Positions 1 to 12,027 of a stretch of 48,788 bases of DNA are shown one piece after another. The stretch is from Lophium mytilinum (lineage: Eukaryota): positions 312,179 through 360,966 of the forward strand of contig MU004184.1 of assembly GCA_010093605.1 (NCBI GenBank), in the 5' to 3' direction. Made by a program: the position numbers and the translations under genes. How positions within the stretch are numbered: the first letter of the stretch is position 1; every line of letters starts with the position of its first letter. The notes under the pieces were generated by a model, which saw only the letters and a list, made by a program, of their open reading frames with translations, searched no databases and had not been told where the DNA came from.

Positions 1-549
1 CGCGAACCTTCAGCTTCTCTTGCCTCACTCACCAGTCGGCCCAGACGCGCGAGTGAGAAGGACCCCGGCTTCGACGCATGTGTGCACGCGAAAATCATCT
101 TTCTGGCTATGGAGTGTGGCCAGTGTCGAGCCCTCCGTCGTGATATTATTTCCGAGTTGACGGGTTGTCGGAATGGAGCCGGCGGTAAAAAGGACAGATT
201 TCCTTGACGCATCAAGTGAGGTCGAGATGAAGTCGCTGTTCGTCCAGGTCGTTAGGGTTGACATGGTGTTGATGAGTGTAGTAGTCAGAGAGGTGATAAG
301 AGATGAGGAAGTTACTTTGGGTGAAGTCTACAAGCGATCTGACCACGTCGTACGCCGAAAGCTTAGTAAGCGGCCTAAGTTACGTCGTCTTGAACTTCTC
401 CTTCGTTGCACTCGAGGAACTCATCTGTCCCTTTTCCTCATCACTTCGTCAACTTTCCACCCAGTTAAGTCTCACTAGACAACTGAGTGTCCACTCCTGC
501 CATCGACGAGAGGCCTCTGAAGAAAAGTCCGCCACAACCTTCAAATTCG

Positions 550-1101
550 ACCTGAACACCCGCCTCCACTTCCGTTCTCAGCACCAACATCCTCACCCTC
601 ACACCAGAGCCTTGATGACGGCGACGATGAAGCGGAAGAGGAATAGACAGGAACCAGTACCGATCTTTCACGAAGCGCATCATCACCGCCAGTGTCACCA
701 CTCGACATGTCACCAAAGGCAGCCTCCGCTCTCCAGACCACCGACCACCGCCGTCCGAAGCGCCTATCATCCCAGGCTTCCGCTCCTCTTAGCTTTCCAG
801 CTCGACGCAAGTCCAACGATCAGTCTCCGCGTGGCTCAACCAGTTCTCTCCTCCAAGAACATACCATTTGGCCCAAATTGATGATGGAAATGACGACCAG
901 ACGTCTAGCTCCGCGTCCACTAATGCTGGAACTAATGACAATTTCGACAGCCTTAGCGCCGGTACCCAGGCACACCACGTCGAAGACAACGTGTACGCAG
1001 ACCGGTTAGGTATGACAGCGAGTGATGACGAGTTTTTCACCGAGCAGGAGGAGCCACCAGCGGACTCGGTCACAGCGGCGAAGGATTGTTGGTATGACTG
1101 A
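550..1101 (+). pseudogene. Decayed acidic/Ser-Pro-rich hypothetical gene, paralogous to 8067-8907
   Basis: Peptide blocks DDGDDEAEEE*TG, PKAASALQTTDHRRPKRLSSQASA, NVYADRLGMTAS and SDDEFFTEQEEPPADSVTAAKDCWYD* resemble DDNEPDEQWTG, PKTKSALQTRDSYPERFPSQFSA, NMFADQVGTPAS and SDEEFFSEEDDPPSNSVEAAMDYWYD* at 8067-8907. Has an in-frame TAG and frame changes. Confidence 0.5.
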
Positions 1102-1328
1102 GGCCTCTGGGTGAGGACAATGGGAAGGCCGGCGTGACGTTTCTCGCGCTCCCACCAGGTAGATGGAGGGCAAGCGACGAAAAGCCTTCCAGTGAGGAGG
1201 AGTCCCGCGGTCAGAGATCTTAGAAGCCGAGATGGACCAGTTGTATGACCGAGGTCTCTAGGCAAGACGAATGAAACGGTCGGCATGCAATGCGTCGTGT
1301 TGCTTCAGGTCGGTGTTTAGATGCCTGA

Positions 1329-1510
1329 ATGTGCAAATTGCATACACAGCGTTTGGAGATGTCCGAAACCAAGGCTGCTACCGTTAGGAAGCGTTACGAA
1401 GATGAAAAGGCCGCCTATGCTGCCGTACGTCCTCCATTTTCCTACGTACCGATCCGCTTATTGACCTGTAGCAGGGTGCTGATGACGAAGATGAGGTTTC
1501 CGAGTAAACC
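1329..1510 (+). pseudogene. Intron-containing gene fragment of unknown function
   Basis: ORF MCKLHTQRLEMSETKAATVRKRYEDEKAAYAA followed by a candidate intron 1425-1471 (GTACGT...TTGAC...TAG), then QGADDEDEVSE*. Confidence 0.25.
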
Positions 1511-4500
1511 GCAAGCTCTTACGACGCTTGTCCTCCATCCCAACTACTCTCTCTGGTTTCTCTTTATTGCTCTAGCAATATGAAGCTTATACTTACAGAA
1601 CCATTGTGAGTGCGAGGACTCACTCTTGCGATGTCTGCTCTCAGGTTTTGTCTATTGCTGAAGTGTCATTCGGAGTCTCGATGCCGGCGCCACGGATCAG
1701 CAAGTCATTTCTGGTGTCCGGTCGGTTCGAGCCTCGACCAACCTTTGGCATGATTTGTCAAGAAGGGGTGGTGGTGTTACAGATGACTACAAAGAGGCGG
1801 GTTTGGCGATCAGGCTTCCGATGACCATCAAGTGTGAACTTGTATAGATCTCGTCGATGGCCCTCGAAGATATCATTGTGTTCCAGCCTCGTGGATCTCC
1901 TCCAAGCTGGGTAGTAATGAGTATCGGTCGCTATCGCTACCCCCTCGGGGAAGATCCTGCTTCAAGACAAATGCGGCCCAACGCTCCAAGGTCAATGAAT
2001 TAAAGTATTACACTGTCTATGGTCGTCACCTTTCTTTACCTTTCAATTGCTACATCATGAATATGAGTGCGGCTATATTCAAGAAGCGCGCTACTCTCCC
2101 GCAGCGAGAGAGACCGGTCTGGGGTGTTATGCTGATTAGATAACTTCCGAGCCTGGCCCCACGATTGATTGCTCAACTCAGTATCGCTCTCATAGTGACC
2201 AGGTATTTGAGGAGTGGGGGTGGTTGGAACGACCGGTCGTTGCCATTGAACTTGGTCTAGACACCTGCATATGGATACTCAATGAGTAGGAAAAACATGC
2301 CAGGCCCACCAATTTTGGGACAGTCTGGACAGGCATTTGGAGTTCCATTTCGCATATCGCCCTAGCATCTTGGGCTGTTTAGCACAAAATGTAGCATGAG
2401 GAGCAAAGGTCGTCCCCGATACTAGGCATCTCTATTACCAGTATTGATAAGAAGGAAAAGAAATGTTCTCTTCGTGTAAGCGGAAAGCTACAAATGGTGA
2501 GCTCGCTCATCCGGCGTTCCCTTTCTCTGTTTCTGGACGATCCATAACACAGCTTTATCCTAACGATCCGTCTACTGATCGGTGTGACGTGCGTTCAGGG
2601 AGCATGAAGCGGAATGCGGAGCTTTTAGAATCGGTCAGCCTGCGCGAGCCTACTCTCAACTACAGAAGGAAAGAGGAGAGTAGTTCCTGTCGAGTCGGCC
2701 GTGCAATTAGGTCAATGCAGCAGTCGCCATCGATACTGCAGCTTTGCTGGAGGGTCCTTTTCCCGTCATCACGTGTAGGATTTTGCGGAGGCAGATGAGG
2801 GAGCTCCTCCATCTACCATCAGCCCTTTCCGACACCTGATGAGCGATGGGCCTCGTCGAGGCGTTCGGAGGGAAGCTGAGAGGCGGCCAACCTTTGGAGG
2901 AGGAGGTCCAGGAGTCGGCAAGGCCATAGCTGCACGCGGAATGACTCGAATGTAACTTTCGAAAGCATGCAACTACCAGGACCAAGTTTTCACCCTGACC
3001 CGAGGCCAGGGAAAACAACCTCACAGATATAGCCACCCTATAACTCCATCAGTATGGGACAAGGGCCTCCAATGACAGCGAACCTGCGCAATCTAAACCC
3101 CGGCCCAGCCCGGTGGAGCGTCCCCTTTCGCACCTTGAGTCAGATCACCCAACGAAGAATAAAGAGTGCTAGCTCTTCAATTCGTCAACATAGGCACCCA
3201 ATCGAGTCGTTGGTTAGCAGTTGTATGGAAGATCTAGGAACTCTCTCTGAGAGTGCCAAATTACCGATGGCACCACCGGAAGGACTTCAGAAAGAATTAC
3301 TGTCCTCACTTCACACTCGACTTCAGCGTATTCGACATGTACCTAGATGTCCAGCTCCGTCCGTGGACCTGCCACTCATGCTCGATATCGAAACGGCCTA
3401 CCTTAAACTTGATGAAGAGCGACCAGCGCTTGATGCCACAACCGACTTCGACGTCTTGGCCGTCCACCAGATCCAGCATACCAAGGATTGAAGCCACCAC
3501 TTGTTGAATCGGTTGATCCAGTCCTGAGGGCAATTGACGTCCACAGCCGCGTCCAGTTGGAGCCCTGTTTTCAGCGACTCCCTCTCCTAGCTTGAATAAT
3601 TCTCAACGCGCTAATCTACCTGACAACACTTTTTATCCCCTGGAGCCACTCCCTCCCAAAACCGCGATAAACCTGGCTTGGGGACCGCAGGTCTCTCTGC
3701 TTTTAGCCCGACCGGCATTATAGCTGCAAACGGTATTATAAGTAGCTATATTAGATGCATCTCGAGTACGCCGCGGGGTAGCTTGCATTATTAGTTGCGA
3801 AGTCTTTATACCCTTATCTAAAGCTCACACGGAAGCCGATGATTAAGCGAAGCGGCAAGTTCCGTTCATACCGGCGTGTGTTTTCAATAAGCTCATCCTA
3901 GCTTCACCTGCAGCTACCCACTTCTATTCACCAACAGAACCAAGGGCTCTATCACACTGTTCTCGAGCTGGTCAATTATATGGCAAACCGCAAATGAAAA
4001 ACCAAGGCACGAATGAAGCCTTCGCCCAGACGTCCACGAGACTAACACTAAGCAGGACCTTGACAAACTACTTTAAGCCTCACGAATCACGGTCAAAAAT
4101 GTTTCTAGGAGCTACCGTCTCGTTCCATTCCCGGCTAGAGACTACACCCCTCGACGAGTCCCGATATTCGAAGTTTGACGCCCACGGCGTCAATTGCGTG
4201 GCAAAACTCCGCCGGCTTCCGATTCCCGAAAAGTCTTCGGGGCTGTCTCGTCAAGTTTCAGACCTTCTTCGGCTTGATACACGACACCCGACGCTCGGAG
4301 CTCAAGCTGGTATCAAAACGCGCCACATGGATCCGATAGCCTGATAGCTTCGTCGCTTCGGTCCTGACTATTCTCCCAAGGATGGTCCCGGCGCTCATGA
4401 ATCCTGCGTCAGTCCCTTCCATCAGCAAGAGGATACGGCGAGTCACGGTAGATATGGAGAGAACCTTGTTAATCCGTGCGGTTCTGGCGATGCTGGTTCA

Positions 4501-6434
4501 CCCCGCCCTGGCTTTGTGGCCTCAAACACATCTCGAAATGGCCCCGTGTTCCTCGATGCCCCAGGAGATAACACTTGCATCCAGGGAGCACGACTCGGGC
4601 TTGAACAAGCTGGAGTGGTCGACTTAAATATATCTCGCAATGTTGCGGGTCTCATGAGCTCGAGCGGGGAGTATCTGTGTTAACAGAGGATTCCTGCCTC
4701 GCAGCAAAAGAGAGTAGCAGCCACGATGTAGCAGGACATGTTGACCCCAGCAACACACCGAATAAGTCAAGCTCGGCCTTGGGTGGCCATCTGTGGAGGG
4801 CAGGGAGCAGAAGCAGAATACTTTATTGCCAAAGTCACTGCCAACATGCACGCTATCAAGACCGCCACCAACCTGGCTGCTGGTTTGGCTAGCCTCGTCG
4901 CGGCAAGTATGTGGAACTTCCCAGCATTCTTTCGGAACATGACCTCAATGCGTGACGCTCTTTGAAGCAGCTGATGGACTCGGTATGGACTTATATCTTG
5001 CAGATATCAAGAACGAATCTCGCTGGGCTTCTGGTCCGTTGTGCTCTATCCCTTCGATAATTCAACCCACTTACAAGCTCACAGAGTGCACAGCATCGAC
5101 GACCTGTCATGGTCCCCGTCATTGTTCTCCCCATTAGGTGCTCTACCGTCAGGCCTCCGATCCCAGTTATCCCTACCACTCCGCCGGTCGGACTCCCGTC
5201 GGGGGTTCTCCTTCGTCAATCTCAGTCGTCGTTTCACACGTCGTTCCGATTACCGTCCCAGCATTTCCGCCGGCGAGACTCCGCAACCCTCGGCCATGAT
5301 CACTGAACCAGCTCGAGACAGGCTTTTGCCGCGGGACGGCTATGTCCGGTTTGAGTATGAGTTCTTCTTGCCCCAAATGCCATTGACTAACACTACTCAG
5401 ACGCAACGGCTGTCGATCTAATAATGAGAAGGCTTCCGAGGCATGATAGACTATCGATCGGACTTCAAGAAGGTGGCATGACCAACGACCCTGATCCAAC
5501 CACTACCTCTCATCCTACCCAAAGATGAATGGTGACATCTGCTGGCAAACACACATGAGACAAGCGGAATCGGGAGTAGTATTTGAGCAGTTGGAGGCGA
5601 GGGATAGTTTCCGACTTTGGGCCGGACTCCCGTGTATATGAATCGGTGTGCATGACAAGGGGGCGTAGGGTGAAATCGAGGTACTGTATAGAATACATTT
5701 GTAACCTCCCCTCAGCAGCCTCTTTGAACGGTTGTGCAACACCTACCTTGCTTCAACAGTAGCAACTCCAAACTAGGTCGGCTCTTAAGCCAACAATCAC
5801 GACACTGCCTCATGACCTCAGAGAGTATGAGGCTTCCGCACTCTGCTCCCTGCCGCTTGGTTGACATCATGGACGGCATACCGAGGGCCAGTTTCAGCCA
5901 CGCCGTCTTCAGCTTGACGGCACTGGTTCCACTTGTCCGATCCTCGGTCAGTTTGAGAGCGGAACCTGGACATGTCTAGGATGGACTAGGCGAGGAGGTG
6001 GCTCGCTTGCGGCGACAACTTAAACGAGTGAGGTAGGCGGTGGCCTCGGAGTGAAAGATATTGCAAGGTGGACAGATCGAAATACGTCCTCACGAGGTCT
6101 TCCTCCTATCCTGAGCCAAGCTTCTTCGAGGGTGCGAAAGCCTCACCCACCACTTTTACCTTTAGCACAATCTTCAACCAGACTTCCAGTGAGCAGTAGA
6201 GCGAGAACCTGTGCGGCTTTATCGGCCCCAAGGACCTCCACCCCACCTCCGAGCTTCGCCTTGCCTCCTCCATCTTTGTGTGGCAGCTGGACTTCGGGAT
6301 TTCCCCCGGACTTTTTAAGACGCACTTCTCTAGAGTTTGTCACGCCGGTTGATGGCGCTTGGCGTCGCACCGTTCGAGGCCAGTGTACCAGTAATTCCTT
6401 CGCTTGTCCGTTGCGCTTTCGAGGCCCAAATGTA

Positions 6435-6709
6435 TAAAGGGCGCGGCCAAGTGCATATTCCGGTTACATAAGCATCTCACCGAAATATTAAAAGTTGCTT
6501 TGAAGCGCCCAGTATCGATTAATAAGTTTACTTTCTTTGATAATTATTACTAAAGGGCATAGACAGATAAATCTGTCTACTTGGTTCGCAATCGACTATT
6601 GTAGTTGTGGAAGTGCACCTCCTTCAATGTCCCAAAAACTGGTGGTTTTGATGTTCTTCGCCTCGCGTAGCTGGTGGGGTCCGGAATATGCACTTGGCCG
6701 CGCCCTTTG
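6435..6709. mobile_element. Non-autonomous Tc1/mariner-type MITE (275 bp) with 28-29 bp terminal inverted repeats and TA target-site duplication
   Basis: Perfect inverted repeat AAAGGGCGCGGCCAAGTGCATATTCCGG (6436-6463) / CCGGAATATGCACTTGGCCGCGCCCTTT (6681-6708). TA at 6433-6434 and 6710-6711. The terminal T6435 vs G6709 mismatch fits a RIP C->T change. Interior is AT-rich with no transposase. Confidence 0.85.
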
Positions 6710-8066
6710 TAACTGTAAGTTAAGCGTGTTCCCGCGGAGAGAGTCGCTCCCGTCTTCGGCGTACCCTTTGCCGGAAGCAACTTAGTTCCGAGGCAAGACT
6801 GGGTCTTCGTCGACCGTCCTGCCTTCCATGCGTACTTGAATTACGGGCCTCACCGGGTTAACGGAGTAAGGAGCCTTACGTACTATCTAAGGATTAAGGT
6901 GACTACTACCCCAGATGAGGTTAAATAGAGCGCGAACAACATCCTCCTTAGCGCCGCTGATTGGGTCATACTCTCCCGGCTAGCATCGATAGATCCGTCT
7001 CCGGCCAAGAGTCACCGCTTACACCGATGCTTATGCTGAACCCGTCCTAAACTCTAAGCCCTTCGACTCTTAAGTTGAATTCAAGGGGATGCTGCGTTGT
7101 TTTAATGACTAGCGTACGCTTGTCGAAGTGCGGTTTCGGAAGGTATTGTGTACCTACGGCAAGGACAAAGAACTGGAAGGAGGAACTGAAGAGTGATTAG
7201 GGAAGGTGGAGACTAGGGATATAAAAGAGCACGAGCTCTAGTGGACTTTAGAGTCAAACTCTACGCCGGTGAAATAGCGTTGTCGAGGAATGATAATTTA
7301 TATCGTCTAGTTAAATAACATTTTAAACATTCCTAAAGTGTAGTTGACTAAAGATGTGCCTATCTCCTTTGGTACTGCGCCACCCTGCCGAGTCCTATCC
7401 GAATAGACTAACGCGTCTCCAATTCGTATATATGCGGGTAAACTTATTAAAGCGAGTAGAGGCATAGATTCCATTGGGTTTCGAAACTGCGCAACCTAAT
7501 AACGGTACTATATTATACTAAAGACTTATTCTATTTCTTCTATCTACCTAACCACATTTTAAAACTAGTGGCTAACCTGTTCTTTCTGCCCGAAAGGGCT
7601 ACAGGAGGAATAGGAAAAGTAAAGCAGAATTTAATACTGGAAAACCCAACACTGATGTTTCCCACACTCGGCAGCCGTGATGAGTACCCCAAAGCAAGCT
7701 TACTATTACTAACCAGCTAATTAAAGGAGCCACTCCCTCAGACTTTGAACCCTCTTCACCCGCACTAGCCGCCCTTTGGGGGGTAGATGACGTGATATCG
7801 GGCCGAGGGTTGTTCCGCCACTTCATATGACTAGCTGCAGCCTGAAACCTTCTCTCCTTCACCAACCCTCTGTCAGCGCCTTCCTGCCCGGCGAATGATT
7901 TCTGGAATGGAAGTTCCATCCAGAGTTCATAATGGACAGGCCGCGGGCCAAATCACCTGTTGATTCTGAGCAAGACGATCCTCATTTCATTCAGACTCTC
8001 TCCTGTCAAACACCTTTGTAAGCAGACGTACTACGCTCCATACCAGGCCCAGAAGTTGACTTTTTC

Positions 8067-8907
8067 ATGCACCTCAGTGCCAGCGCCCTAGAGCCAGCGT
8101 CAGCACCCGATTTACTACCAAAGACAAAGTCCGCTCTCCAAACTCGCGACAGCTACCCGGAGCGATTTCCTTCCCAGTTCTCCGCTTTTCCAATCCCGAA
8201 ACCCGACACGTGTCCACCAATCAGTCTTCGAACGGCTCATGGATTACCCGTAAGCCACCCCCTCCTCGCTCCTCCTCGCAAGGCCCTGTGCTAACAGAAC
8301 TCACCAGGGCGAGGTCTTCCACCTCACTTCCGTCTGTTGGGTGAGCGGCACAGGTATCGAGGGCATGCCACACGGCCCGTGTCGCTCAGCCCAAACATGT
8401 TCGCAGACCAAGTCGGCACGCCGGCGAGTGCCGAAGATGCTTCAGCAGCGGTCCAGGTTAGATGTGTGTCTCTCACGGAAGTCCCGCCACACGAGTATCT
8501 GGACTTCACCAATGAAGCCAGCAACGCTCTGACCACCAAGCACTTTGCCCGTTACGGTCATGTCTTCCATGCCTTATTGGACCACGACCAGGTTCCACAA
8601 GGTTCTACGCATGACGACAACGAGCCTGACGAGCAGTGGACCGGTGTGGCATCCGCGAGAGAGTAAGTGAACTCTTTACTCTTCACTCATGAATCGAGGA
8701 CTGACACACTTCTCCAGGACGACCTCTTCCTTTTCACCTTTGTTTGTCGGGTGAGCAACACGGGTATCGGGGGCATGCCAGACGGCCCGTGTCTCTCAGC
8801 CTGCAGGCTGCTCTGATACGACGATGAGCGACGAGGAGTTCTTCAGCGAGGAGGATGACCCGCCTTCAAACTCGGTCGAAGCAGCAATGGACTACTGGTA
8901 TGACTGA
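8067..8907 (+). pseudogene. Multi-exon hypothetical gene with an internally duplicated exon; frames disrupted
   Basis: Introns 8250-~8307 (GTAAGC...GCTAAC...CAG) and 8663-8717 (GTAAGT...ACTGAC...CAG). The exons after each intron start with homologous sequence (GRGLPPHFRLLGERHRYRGHATRPVSLS vs GRPLPFHLCLSGEQHGYRGHARRPVSLS). Splice phases do not give one open frame. Confidence 0.5.
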
Positions 8908-9848
8908 GATCTCTGGGGAGAGTGAAACTGGCAGCTTGGGGTGGCTCGTGCTGCACCAACGGAAGGGTACGCGCTGGCGAGCTACGCAGTACCGGGCATG
9001 GGTGGGATGATGACGCCCAGTCCGGACGGGCACTGCTACCCCCAATCCCCAGTCCCAGTACAGAGCCAGGTGTTCAGCTCGGATCAAATTCAAAATTCAA
9101 AACCAAACTCCTCCTCCGTCTTGGCAATTCCCTTGACAATGTGACGTGGGCGACCCTCTTCACGGCCTACAGTTCACCTGCATGACAGTCCTTATGCTGA
9201 CCCATGTTAGAAATAGAGCGAGAAGTGACCCTGCAGGTCCAGCACCTTACTGTGAACACAACCCTTGTCTCAGTAAGCTCGACATAGCTATGCCTCGAGT
9301 GTTCTCAACCAAGTCCATCTACAAATCTCGAACCAGTCTCTCGACCCCACCCGGCAATATTGGAAGATTCCGGAGGATTTGTCAGAGCAATAGAGACAAG
9401 TTGTCGTCGAGAAGCTAGTCTAAGGCCCGTGGGACATGCTGCTCGGTATAATGCTAGCCGTCCCTCAAGGTGGAAGCTTAGGAGTGGAGTCCTAGAGTCA
9501 GGAAACGTCCGCGGGCGATAACAGGATCCTGGAACCCAGTATACTTCCGTGCAAATCATACTTATCTTATGGAATCAGAGCAACCTGACAACGATGGGCC
9601 AGCATCAGGCGTCATATCTTCTCATTGCCGGAGAAGACAGACGTGCTTCGCGTTTAGCTTTTCGAAGCTTAGAGTTGTTGGACGGAACTAGAACTAACGA
9701 AGTCGAGAGTCTCACTTAGTGAGGAAGTATGCTCCGCTGAGGGTGATAAAGACATTAACCGTCCGGACCGCAGTGGGCTGCCTGATGCAGGAATGCGGTC
9801 CAACTTCTCCAATCAACTTCGGTATGTTGGTGGCGACTGCCTCTTTGG

Positions 9849-10478
9849 ATGCTGGGCGATGCATTCCCAGTGAGCTACCATGCCCACCCTCTTTGCACTA
9901 TCTACGATTGGTGGCGAGCAGGGTCTACAAGGTGTTATGGCCGCGGGGATGTTCTACTCCCAATGACACGTTCGGACGGAAAGTATTGCCAGCAGACATA
10001 TTCTTCGGACGCGGTAGAACTCTTGGGTGACTACTCACCGAACGGCTCGCGATTTGGACAACCCGGCCGTCATGACCGTAAAGAAAGTCAAATGCGTGAG
10101 AACAGTAAAGAGGATGCCGTCTCTGGAGACGTAAGATGTCCTTCAGCAAGAGCCGGCAATCCCACGAGCCACCCCAGCTTCGCAGTCTCCTCCGAAGCCT
10201 CTGGACCGAAACCTCGAGAACAAAAGCGGAGGGACAAATGTCTACATCCGAGGTCTTCTTCCAGGCCGTGCGCATCGTTCACTAGCGACAAGAGCGCCCT
10301 ACGCATGGCTCGGATCTTCAAGCGAAAGCCGGCATTCTCGCGAACTATCCCAGCTCCGCGGTCCCTTCGAAGCCTTCGGACCAAGCCTCGAAAACAAGAA
10401 CAGAGGAACGAATGTCTAACGCTAGGGTCTTCTGCTAGGTTTGGGCATAGAGAGGCCAGCGAGAACAGTACTACATAG
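9849..10478 (+). CDS. Hypothetical protein (209 aa), possibly spurious or part of a decayed gene
   Basis: Longest ORF in the interval; no recognisable domain. Confidence 0.2.
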   Translation: MLGDAFPVSYHAHPLCTIYDWWRAGSTRCYGRGDVLLPMTRSDGKYCQQTYSSDAVELLGDYSPNGSRFGQPGRHDRKESQMRENSKEDAVSGDVRCPSARAGNPTSHPSFAVSSEASGPKPREQKRRDKCLHPRSSSRPCASFTSDKSALRMARIFKRKPAFSRTIPAPRSLRSLRTKPRKQEQRNECLTLGSSARFGHREASENSTT

Positions 10479-11599
10479 ATGGCTGATATCCTGGAAGGAT
10501 GCTAGGAACTGGAAAGCGTAATGTAAGGGTGTCTGCAGGGATTGAAGGGGATGCTTCTGCGGGAGTCTTGGAGGGTTCAGAATCCCGTATCAGCCAGGGA
10601 TGAAGGAACGATGTAGACTGGAATAAATACGGCAGATTTGCAAACGCATACTGCAGAACTACATCAATTTTTCACTTCAAAAGTTCTGAAGTTATTGAAG
10701 TAAATCGTGATGATTTTTGGCGAGTTTGTGATGTTGATTGAGTACATGCAGTTCTTTCATACAGAACGTGCTAAAACGACCATTTGGTCCGTTCGGAGGC
10801 GCAGGAGGACCTTGCTATGCACGCGAATTCATTTACCACGCATAAGTAACACCATGAACGCCAGATCGTTCTCAACTTCTACTATACCTCCGCTTGCCTT
10901 ATCGGCGCCTATCGTGCGGAAGCATTCGGGTTTCTATTCAGCACGTCTCCTCTAATAGAGCTTTCGTGTCTCGACTCCATTTTTGAAAACAGCCATCTTT
11001 CAACCTAATCAATTAACCTCTGAAGCCTTAGCCACGCCAGCGCCATTGCTGAGGCCCTCGGGACAGGCCCCATCTTCAGCTATCCGTCCCCATCTGCGAC
11101 AGACCTCTCTCGAGTCCGCGCCTCCAGAACGCACTATACGACCCAAATGCGAAGAATCCATCACAACACCGCGTACTCGAAGTCCACTCGACGCCGAACA
11201 TACTCCGTTTCCACGATGCAACGGTTTGCGCGCACTTCTCGAGAACGAGACGGTGTAAAAGGTTAGGGAAGTTCTCAACAATATCCCCAGAATCATCCCA
11301 CGAAAAGGAAGGCAGCACTCGCGCTTGTCGCGACAGAAAGGCCGCCATGTCCTCGCCTATTCTTCGCGACGTGGGGACGACCATGAGAGATGCTTCGAAG
11401 CACGTTGAGGATACCAGCAAGCGTAGCCATGTTTTTAAACCATACTGCTGTGGAGCCGATATACAATACCAAACCGCGCGGTTTGCCTCCAGCAGCAACA
11501 TTGCCTCGAGCTAGTCACAGCCGATCAAGGCCCTAGCATCCGGCATTCGACCTTTCCGAAAAGCTGTTTTGGCTTTAGGGAGGGCCGGGGCTTTCTACT

Positions 11600-12027
11600 G
11601 TGGACACACTGGAAGGCTCGACGATGGCACCGACGAAGACACTGTCTTCACAGGGACCCTGCGTATGGCGTAGGAAGGTCAGAAAAAAGCGCGACTCGTG
11701 GTACAGACTCTTCGAGACTCGGGGGCATACCGGGACAACGAGTTTGCTAATGAGATGCTGGACTACTGCGATCATCTGCGGGGATCTAGGAAGTTCGCTG
11801 CCGTCGATAGCACCAAGGTGAGCTTCTTTTCCTTACAGCGTCGGTATCCAACCACTGACCTGCCTCCGCGACAGCAACGACCAGTCCGAGCCCAATCCTC
11901 TCCCAGGACCCCAGATCTCCTACAGAGCTATAGATCGCGCACCTTCCCTCGAGCTCTGCAACAACGCCACCGTCTGCACAACGTCGCTCGAGGAAGCCGA
12001 AGCACATTTACAAGAAAATTCGCGTAG
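11600..12027 (+). pseudogene. Intron-containing hypothetical gene fragment
   Basis: Protein-like frame VVQTLRDSGAYRDNEFANEMLDYCDHLRGSRKFAAVDSTK followed by a canonical intron 11818-11874 (GTGAGC...ACTGAC...CAG). Confidence 0.3.

Noticed and set aside
1715..1745. GGTTCGAGCC (T-loop / B-box-like), also near 27990
   Set aside because: No cloverleaf, D-arm/A box or terminator, so no tRNA was called.
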